Positions 57,186-64,000 of a stretch of 64,000 nt of DNA are shown one piece after another. The notes beneath the pieces were generated by a model, which had not been told where the DNA came from, did not search any database, and saw only the letters and a program-made list of their open reading frames with translations. Position numbers and translations under genes: made by a program. Each line of letters starts with the position of its first letter. Positions within the stretch are counted from its first letter, which is position 1. This stretch comes from an uncultured Anaerolineales bacterium (GTDB lineage Bacteria > Planctomycetota > Phycisphaerae > FEN-1346), in NCBI GenBank assembly GCA_964539385.1, contig CAZIJC010000002.1, forward strand, positions 16,001 to 80,000. Reading direction: 5' to 3'.

Positions 57186-58430
57186 TCAGATCAACTTGGT
57201 CTTGCCCGGCACCGCCAGCGGCTGCACGGGGTTCGGCCCGAACTTGAACTCCTTCGGGACGATGTCGAGTTTCGAGGCCTTCATGGCCCAGTCCCACTTG
57301 ATCTCGCGTCCGGTGTAGGCCGACATGCGGCCGAGGATGGCGGTCATGGAACTCTCGGCGACCCGCTTGCCCTCGTTCAGCGGCCTGGCGGCGCGGATGC
57401 CGGCGATCAGGTCGGCGTGTTCCTGGACCGAGGGGTCCTTGACCTGCTTCTCGTACGTCCAGGCGGCCGGTCCGGTGATGGCACCCCTGGACGGAAACGC
57501 CGTGCCCTTCGAGCCGACGATGAGCGCATCGACACGGTTCGCGGCGCCGGCCGCCTGGCGGCATAGACTCATGACGCGCACGCCGCCGGGGTACTCGTAC
57601 TCGACGGCGAAGTGGTCCCAGATGTTGCCCCACTTGGGGTCGGTGCGGGTTTGGCGGCCGCCGGTCGCGATGCACTTGACGGGCGGCGACTGAAAGGCCC
57701 AGTTCATGATGTCGTGCTGGTGGACGTGCTGCTCGACGATGTGGTCGCCGGAGAGCCAGGTGAAGTAGTACCAGTTGCGGCACTGGTACTCCATCTCGGA
57801 CCATTTCGGGTCGCTGCCTCGATGCCACAGTTCGCCCGTCAGGAAGTAGCAGGCCCCGGTGCGAAGTTCACCGATGCGGCCGTCGTGCACGCGCTTGATG
57901 GTCTCGATGGCCCTGGCGTCATGGCGTGTCTGGGTGCCGGCCACGATGGCGAGTTTCTTCTCGCCGGCCAGGCGAGCGGTCTCGATGACACTGCGGACGC
58001 CGACCGGATCGACCGCCACCGGCTTCTCGGCGAAGACGTGCACACCGGCCTCGATGGCATCCCGCATGTGGATCGGGCGGAAGCCGGGCGGCTGGCACAG
58101 CAGCACCAAGTCCACGCACTCGATCACCTTCTTATGGTTGTCCCAGCCGGCGAAGCATCGCTCGGGCGTCACCTGGAACTGGTCGGCCGTGAGTTGCTTC
58201 GTTTTCTTGAGCCGGTTGTAGCAGGCCTCCACGCGGTCCTTGAACAGGTCGCCGAGCGCCCGGATGACAACTCCGGGCGCCGATATGGCGCAGTTGGCGA
58301 CGTCGCGGGTGCCGCGGCCACCGGTTCCAACCAGGCCAATCCTGATCGTGTCGGAGCCGGCGGCGTGGGCGACGTTGGAGAGGCCGGCCGCAACGGCACC
58401 GGCCGTGACGAGGTTCTTGCGTGCTGTCAT
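57186..58430 (-). CDS. Gfo/Idh/MocA oxidoreductase with degenerate Tat signal
   Basis: IGLVGTGGRG, HVFAEKPVAVD, GDHIVEQHVH. Confidence 0.92.
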   Translation of the reverse strand: MTARKNLVTAGAVAAGLSNVAHAAGSDTIRIGLVGTGGRGTRDVANCAISAPGVVIRALGDLFKDRVEACYNRLKKTKQLTADQFQVTPERCFAGWDNHKKVIECVDLVLLCQPPGFRPIHMRDAIEAGVHVFAEKPVAVDPVGVRSVIETARLAGEKKLAIVAGTQTRHDARAIETIKRVHDGRIGELRTGACYFLTGELWHRGSDPKWSEMEYQCRNWYYFTWLSGDHIVEQHVHQHDIMNWAFQSPPVKCIATGGRQTRTDPKWGNIWDHFAVEYEYPGGVRVMSLCRQAAGAANRVDALIVGSKGTAFPSRGAITGPAAWTYEKQVKDPSVQEHADLIAGIRAARPLNEGKRVAESSMTAILGRMSAYTGREIKWDWAMKASKLDIVPKEFKFGPNPVQPLAVPGKTKLI

Positions 58431-58495
58431 GGTCCTGCCCCTTATTGTAGACGGACCGGGTCCTCGCCCGCTGCCGGGCGAGAGGGCAACGGCAA

Positions 58496-58527
58496 CCGCG
58501 CGGTGGACCGGGCGGGCCACCGCGCGG
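58496..58527. terminator. GC-rich hairpin between the tandem oxidoreductases
   Basis: CCGCGCGGTGG-N10-CCACCGCGCGG; no T-tract. Confidence 0.4.
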
Positions 58528-58545
58528 AGACGGTATCGCGTGTAA

Positions 58546-59817
58546 CTAGATGAGTTTCGTCTGTCCGGGCACCGCGACGGGGGGCGGCGTGTACGGCCCG
58601 AAGGCGACGTTCATGTTCGCGGGTCCGAGTTTGAGTTTCGAGGCCTTGACGGCCCAGTCCCACTTGATCTCGCGGCCGGTGTAGGTGCACATGCGACCGA
58701 GAACGGCAGACATGGTCGATTCGGCGACCTGCTGGCCTTCATTCCAGTAGTCGCCCTTGCCCGTGAAACTGCGCAGGCAGTCGATGTGCTCCTGGACGTA
58801 GGGGTTGATGTCTTTGCCTTGGTACTTCCAGGCGTTCTCACCTTCGATGCTGCCGCTGAGGCCGGACGCACCTTTGGTGCCGACGGCGCGCTCTGAAACG
58901 CGGTGCGACGACTTGCCGAATTGCGAGCAGTAACTGGCGACCCGCACGCCGCCCGGGAACTCAAACTCGACGGCGTGGTGGTCGAAGATGTTGCCGGGTT
59001 CCGGCCGCGCTGCGCGGCCGCCGATCCCGATGGCCTTCTCCGGGTGCGTTCCGAACGCCCAGCAGATCATGTCGATGTTGTGGACGTGCTGCTCGACGAT
59101 GTGGTCTCCGCACGTCCAGCACCAGGCAAACCAGTTGAGGCATTGCCACTCGATGTCGGACATGCCCGGGTTGCGGGGTCGCTTGTGCGTGACCGGTCCG
59201 CCCATCCAGTAGCACTGGCCGCCCACCAAGTCGCCGATGGCGCCGTCGTGGATGCGTTTGAGGGCCTCCTGTCGGCGCTTCTCATGGCGGCGCTGGGTGC
59301 CGGCCACGACGGTCAGTTTTTTCTGCTTGGCCATCTCGGCCGCGGCGCAGACCTGGTTGTAACCCCAGGGGTCCACGCAGACGGGCTTCTCCATGAAGAC
59401 GTGCTTGCCGGCTTCAATGGCCGCCGCAAAGTGGTACGGCCGGAAGCCCGGCGGCGCGGCGGTGATGATCGAATCCACGCCGCTCGCGAGGACCCCTTTG
59501 TAGTTGTCGAACCCGCCGAAGCAGCGTTCCTCGGGTACCTGGTGTTTCTTGCCGTGACTGACGGCGCGGTCCTTCCACAAGTCGCCGCACGCCCAGACCT
59601 GGACGTTGATACCGGCGTGTTTGGCCGCCTCGAGGCAGTTGCCGGTGGCGCCCCTGCCCCTGCCGCCGCAGCCGATTACGCCTACCTTGACGACGTCGGC
59701 TCCGGCGGCGTGAGCGACGTTCGATGCGAATCCGGTCATCAGGGTAGCGGCCCCGGCGGCCGCCGTCCCCTTCATGAAGTCGCGGCGCGATACCTGCTTG
59801 GTTGGTGGTTTGCTCAT
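58546..59817 (-). CDS. Gfo/Idh/MocA oxidoreductase, Tat-exported
   Basis: SRRDFMK; VGVIGCGGRG; HVFMEKP; GDHIVEQHVH. Confidence 0.93.
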   Translation of the reverse strand: MSKPPTKQVSRRDFMKGTAAAGAATLMTGFASNVAHAAGADVVKVGVIGCGGRGRGATGNCLEAAKHAGINVQVWACGDLWKDRAVSHGKKHQVPEERCFGGFDNYKGVLASGVDSIITAAPPGFRPYHFAAAIEAGKHVFMEKPVCVDPWGYNQVCAAAEMAKQKKLTVVAGTQRRHEKRRQEALKRIHDGAIGDLVGGQCYWMGGPVTHKRPRNPGMSDIEWQCLNWFAWCWTCGDHIVEQHVHNIDMICWAFGTHPEKAIGIGGRAARPEPGNIFDHHAVEFEFPGGVRVASYCSQFGKSSHRVSERAVGTKGASGLSGSIEGENAWKYQGKDINPYVQEHIDCLRSFTGKGDYWNEGQQVAESTMSAVLGRMCTYTGREIKWDWAVKASKLKLGPANMNVAFGPYTPPPVAVPGQTKLI

Positions 59818-60013
59818 CGTCTTTCCTTTCCGTCTTGCGCGTCGGTGCGCTGTTCGAATAACCTTGCCTGCGTGCCGAACAGAGGAGTCTGCCGCGCACA
59901 GGCGACTAAATCAACTCTGTTTTGCCCGGAAGCGCTGCGGACAAGACTGCTCCGCCGGGCGACCGGACGCGGCCGGTGCGGAGAGCGACCGCGCAAGGCT
60001 TGCCTGATGTCGC

Positions 60014-60937
60014 TCAGAAGTTGTCGCAGGTGCGGTAGGCCTTGATGACGGCCTGCTCGCCCTCGGGGCCGCGCTGGCTGTTACCGTGCTCCATGCCGAT
60101 GACGCCTTTGAAGCCTTTATCGTGTAGCCATTTGAAGATGTTCTTGTAGTTGATCTCTCCGGTGGTGGGTTCTTTGCGGCCGGGATTGTCGCCGACCTGG
60201 ATGTAGCCGATCTCGTCCCACGACTTCTCCATGTTGGGGATGAGGTTACCCTCCTGGATCTGGGCGTGATACAGGTCGTCGAGGATCTTGCACGACGGGC
60301 TACCGACGGCCTTGCAGATGAGGTAGCCCTGGGTGACCTTTCGCAGGAACAATCCTGGGTGGTTGGCCCACCAGTTCAGGGGCTCAAGGACCATGACGAG
60401 GCCTGCCGGTTCGCACACCTCGGCCGCCACCTTGAGGTTCTCGATGCAGTTGGCCGTCATGTAGTCCCACTCGAGCCGCTGGTTGACGCTTCCCGGCACG
60501 ACGGTCGTCCACTTGGCGCCGACGCGTTTGGCCGTCTCGATCGACCGCTGCAGGTTCTTGCGGATCTGGTCCTGGACGTCCTTGCCGGTCTTGGAGACGA
60601 GGTCGGTCCCTCCGGCGAGGCGGCTGACGAAGACGCCCATCGTCATGCCGAGTTGCTGGAAGGTCTTGCCGATCTTCTCCTGGAGGTCGGCGGCCTTGCC
60701 CATCATGCCGTTGTCTTCCCAGGCGGTGAAGCCCTGGTCGGCGGCGAACTTGAGTTGGTCGATGGGGTCGTTGCCCGCGCTGGCCTTGAACATGCCGAAG
60801 TGCGGGGCGTACTTCATGCGGAACTTGGCCCCGCTGGACGGTTTCGCCCCCTGTGCCGTGGCTTCGGCGGCCATCCCCACAGACATGGCCGCCCCGACAC
60901 CCGTTACGGACGTTCTCAGAAAGTTGCGTCGGTCCAT
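60014..60937 (-). CDS. Tat-exported xylose-isomerase-like TIM barrel (hydroxypyruvate isomerase family)
   Basis: DRRNFL; MVLEPLN, DLYHAQIQEGN, QVGDNPGRKEPTTGEINY, GMEH. Confidence 0.9.
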   Translation of the reverse strand: MDRRNFLRTSVTGVGAAMSVGMAAEATAQGAKPSSGAKFRMKYAPHFGMFKASAGNDPIDQLKFAADQGFTAWEDNGMMGKAADLQEKIGKTFQQLGMTMGVFVSRLAGGTDLVSKTGKDVQDQIRKNLQRSIETAKRVGAKWTTVVPGSVNQRLEWDYMTANCIENLKVAAEVCEPAGLVMVLEPLNWWANHPGLFLRKVTQGYLICKAVGSPSCKILDDLYHAQIQEGNLIPNMEKSWDEIGYIQVGDNPGRKEPTTGEINYKNIFKWLHDKGFKGVIGMEHGNSQRGPEGEQAVIKAYRTCDNF

Positions 60938-61030
60938 GGTCTTGCCCCTTTGTACCAGACTTACGCGTTGCCCTGCGACAGAAACCGCCGCCCGCACCCG
61001 ATTCCTTAAACTACGGGCACATTGCACTCG

Positions 61031-62773
61031 TCACGCCACCAGTTCCGGCAGGAGCCGGCGCGTAATCTCGGCCAAGTAGGCGTCCACCTCTCGGTCGGAG
61101 TCGAACTGGAAGACCTTCTCGCAGACCTCCTTGGCCTGGTCCATCGTCACGCTACGGATTACCTTCTTAATCTCCAGAAGCGTGGCCGAGGATACGCTGA
61201 AAACCTGGATCCCCAATCCCAGCAGGACGAGCACATAGTTCGGCTCGCCGGCCATTTCGCCGCAGACCGCCACCTCGACCCCGGCGTCCCGCGCCGTATC
61301 GGTCACCATTCTGATCAGGCGCAGGACCGCCGGATGGCCCGGCGTGTACATGCCCGCCACGCGCTCGTTCGTGCGGTCCACCGCCAGAACGTACTGCGTC
61401 AGGTCGTTGGTGCCGATGCTGAAGAAATCGCATTCCCCGGCGAATCGCCGCACCATGATTGCCGCGCTGGGTACCTCGATCATAATGCCGACTTTGATGC
61501 CGGCGTCCACGTGGATGCCTTCCTCCTCGAGGTCCTCGCGGACGTCGGCCAGGAGCATCTTGGCCTGCCTGAGTTCCTTGAGGTTCGTGATAAGCGGAAA
61601 CATGATCCGAACGGCGCCCAGGGCGCTTGCGCGTAGGATCGCCCGCAGTTGCTTCTTGAAGCCGGCGACGTGCTGGAGGCTGAACCGGATGCTCCGGCAC
61701 CCCAGAAACGGGTTGCGTTCGTCGTAATCGTCCGACAGGTGGGTGAACTTGTCGGCCCCCAGATCGCAGGTGCGGATCGTGATGGGCCGGCCTTTGCAGG
61801 CCTCGATGGCTTCGGCGTAGGCCTGGTAGTGATCCTCTTCGCTGGGTTCCACGTCGCGGTCGAGGTAGATGAACTCGGTGCGGTAGAGGCCGATGCCGCT
61901 CGCCCCCCGGTCCATGCAGGTCTGGACTTCGTGCGGGAACTCGATGTTGCCCCAGAGGAAGACCTCATGGCCGTCGATGGTGGTGGCCGGCAGGTCCTTC
62001 AGGTGGCCGAGTTCCTCCTCCATGCGATGGAACCGCTGCTCGGCCTCCCGAAAGCGCGTGATGGTCGGCGCGTCGGGGTCGATGACCACCAGTCCGCGGT
62101 TGCCGTCCACGATGACCGTATCGCCGCCCGAGAGGTCGGCCGTGACGTTCTGGAGACCGACCACCGCCGGGATGCCCATGGCGCGGGCGACGATAGTGGT
62201 ATGGCTGGTGCGGCCGCCGATGTCCGTGGCGAAAGCCAGGACCTTCGACGGGTCGAGTCCCGCCGTCTGGCTCGGCGTCAGATCATGGGCGATGACGATG
62301 ACCGGCTCGGTCAGTTGGTGCAGGCTTTCGCGCTTGGCCCCGATCAAGTTCCTCAGCAGCCGTTTCTCGACGTCCCAGACGTCGGCAACGCGTTCCGACA
62401 TGTACCGGTTCGGCAGGGCGAGGACCTTCTTGGCATAGCCCTTGAGGATCTGGGAGACGGCGTACTCGGGGGCGTAGCGTTCGCGCTGGATGAGTTCGCG
62501 GATCTCGTCAACGACGGAGGGGTCGCCGAGCAGGGCGTCCTGGACATCGAAGATGGCGCCGAGTTTCTCGCCGATATCGGCGGCGACGCGCTGGCGCAGT
62601 TCGCGTATCTCCTCCCTGGCGCGCTCGACGGCTTCCTGGAACCGCGCGAGTTCCGCCTGGACCTCATCCGGCTCGATGCCGCGGCGCGGGATGCGAAACT
62701 GTTCGCTGTCCAGGACGACCGCGGGTGCGATCGCAACGCCCGGCGAGACCGCGATACCTTTGCGCGTTTCCAT
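61031..62773 (-). CDS. ptsI: PTS enzyme I (phosphoenolpyruvate-protein phosphotransferase)
   Basis: GGRTSHT, GIGLYRTEF, NPFLG.RSIR, SIGTNDL, CGEMAG; no GAF domain. Confidence 0.96.
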   Translation of the reverse strand: METRKGIAVSPGVAIAPAVVLDSEQFRIPRRGIEPDEVQAELARFQEAVERAREEIRELRQRVAADIGEKLGAIFDVQDALLGDPSVVDEIRELIQRERYAPEYAVSQILKGYAKKVLALPNRYMSERVADVWDVEKRLLRNLIGAKRESLHQLTEPVIVIAHDLTPSQTAGLDPSKVLAFATDIGGRTSHTTIVARAMGIPAVVGLQNVTADLSGGDTVIVDGNRGLVVIDPDAPTITRFREAEQRFHRMEEELGHLKDLPATTIDGHEVFLWGNIEFPHEVQTCMDRGASGIGLYRTEFIYLDRDVEPSEEDHYQAYAEAIEACKGRPITIRTCDLGADKFTHLSDDYDERNPFLGCRSIRFSLQHVAGFKKQLRAILRASALGAVRIMFPLITNLKELRQAKMLLADVREDLEEEGIHVDAGIKVGIMIEVPSAAIMVRRFAGECDFFSIGTNDLTQYVLAVDRTNERVAGMYTPGHPAVLRLIRMVTDTARDAGVEVAVCGEMAGEPNYVLVLLGLGIQVFSVSSATLLEIKKVIRSVTMDQAKEVCEKVFQFDSDREVDAYLAEITRRLLPELVA

Positions 62774-62799
62774 CGGATTGGCCGCTCGCGGGGGACGGA

Positions 62800-63075
62800 C
62801 TACTTCAGGTCCTTGTCGAAGTTGGCTACCACCTCGGCCAGGGCCCGGAGGCAGGTCTCCGCATCTTCCCCGTCGCTCTCCAGGTGAAGCATCATGCCCG
62901 GCATGGCCTCAAGCAGCATCATCTCCATAATGCTCTTGCCGTTGACCGTCTGGTCGCCCTTGGACACGGTAACGGTACAGCGGAACCGGTTCGCCGTCTC
63001 GACGAATCTCGCCGCCGGCCGCATGTGCAGCCCCAGGGGATTGACGATTTTCACCTCGCGTGTGGGCACGAGCAT
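62800..63075 (-). CDS. ptsH: HPr phosphocarrier protein
   Basis: NPLGLHMRPAA (phospho-His) and NGKSIM (regulatory Ser). Confidence 0.94.
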   Translation of the reverse strand: MLVPTREVKIVNPLGLHMRPAARFVETANRFRCTVTVSKGDQTVNGKSIMEMMLLEAMPGMMLHLESDGEDAETCLRALAEVVANFDKDLK

Positions 63076-63105
63076 ATCTTTCCAAAGCCGGGGGCCGACG
63101 CACCG

Positions 63106-63576
63106 TCATCCCAGTTCCTCATCGGCCTCGCGCAGCAGGTCCACCAGTTCCTCGCGGGTGGACGCCTGGCACATGAAGCGGCGGAGGTGGTCGTTCTTGA
63201 TGCTCCGAAAGATATGCTCCATCGCTTTCAGGTGCTGCTCGGGTTGATCTGGGTTCGACAGCAGCAGGAAGAGCAAATGGACCGGCCGGCGGTCGAGGGC
63301 GGCAAAGTCGATGCCGGCAGCGCTGCGGGCCACCAGACCCACCACCCCCTTGATGCCTTCATGCTTGGCGTGCGGGATGGCCACGCCGTTGCCGAACCCC
63401 GTCGTGCCCTTCTTCTCGCGGCGCAGAATGGCGTCCACCACCTTGCGGCGGTCCTTTGCCGAGACCGCCTTGGTCGTGATGAGTTGGCCGACCATCTCGT
63501 CGATCGCGCCGCGAGCCGTATCGGCCTTCAGGTCGGGCATGATGGCCGAGGTTGCGATGAATTCCATCAACTTCAT
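63106..63576 (-). CDS. ptsN: PTS IIA (PtsN-like)
   Basis: REKKGTTGFGNGVAIPHAK, GIDFAALD. Confidence 0.9.
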   Translation of the reverse strand: MKLMEFIATSAIMPDLKADTARGAIDEMVGQLITTKAVSAKDRRKVVDAILRREKKGTTGFGNGVAIPHAKHEGIKGVVGLVARSAAGIDFAALDRRPVHLLFLLLSNPDQPEQHLKAMEHIFRSIKNDHLRRFMCQASTREELVDLLREADEELG

Positions 63577-63599
63577 GTGGGCCGGACTCCTCGCCACTC

Positions 63600-63929
63600 T
63601 CAGGTGCGCGTGGGCTGATGCGGGTTCGGGCCGCGCCCCTTCCGGTGCCGGGTGCGGTCCTTGTGCTCGAGCAACTGCCGCTCCAGCCGCTCTTCCGCCT
63701 GGTCGATCACGGCAGACATGTTGTGTCCGGTGGTCTGTGCCACAAGGTTGCTGCTGTGCTCCAGGTCGGCGATCATCTCGCAGGAGAAGCCGCCGCCGTC
63801 CTTATTCAGCACCACGCGAATCGACTGGATCTTGTCATAGTATTTCAGGAGGCGCCGGGCTTTTTCGTCCGCTCGGTCTCTCATGTCGGCGGCAATCGAC
63901 TTGTGCCGCACGGTTACTTCGATCTGCAA
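63600..63929 (-). CDS. hpf: Ribosome hibernation promoting factor (RaiA/HPF)
   Basis: MQIEVTVRH...AVIDQAEERLERQLLEHKDR; upstream of ptsN. Confidence 0.88.
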   Translation of the reverse strand: MQIEVTVRHKSIAADMRDRADEKARRLLKYYDKIQSIRVVLNKDGGGFSCEMIADLEHSSNLVAQTTGHNMSAVIDQAEERLERQLLEHKDRTRHRKGRGPNPHQPTRT

Positions 63930-64000
63930 CCTCTCCCTCCCTCCACGAATCGCGCCCTTGAGGCCGCACAGGTGCCCGCTGACAAGCGCCGGGAGTGTAG

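Noticed and set aside
61031-63929. hpf-ptsN-ptsH-ptsI cluster as a novelty
   Set aside because: Common conserved regulatory PTS arrangement.

Overview
High-GC bacterial chromosomal window whose gene content points to Planctomycetota, possibly Phycisphaerae (inference). From left to right it contains: (1) a Tad/Flp pilus operon headed by a membrane Ser/Thr kinase with TPR-like repeats and containing an FHA-fused CpaF/TadA ATPase; (2) a tandem-DUF1080 protein and a secreted carbohydrate-processing operon; (3) a sialic-acid module (Kelch NanM-like mutarotase fused to a sodium:solute symporter, plus N-acetylneuraminate lyase); (4) an alpha/beta hydrolase that shares a duplicated 5' region with the next gene; (5) two giant uncharacterised membrane-anchored proteins (about 1170 and 2610 aa) built from three homologous modules, behind an ECF-type promoter; (6) housekeeping and regulatory genes: clpB with a sigma54 promoter, nitrilase, mfd, PPIase, ferredoxin, panE, an ECF sigma/anti-sigma pair, ruvX, RNase G/E, Gfo/Idh/MocA oxidoreductases with a TIM-barrel enzyme, and ptsI-hpr-ptsN-hpf. 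No rRNA, tRNA, CRISPR array or transposase was recognised. Several REP-like palindromes are present, one in-frame inside mfd. All family calls come from motif recognition by eye, not database searches.
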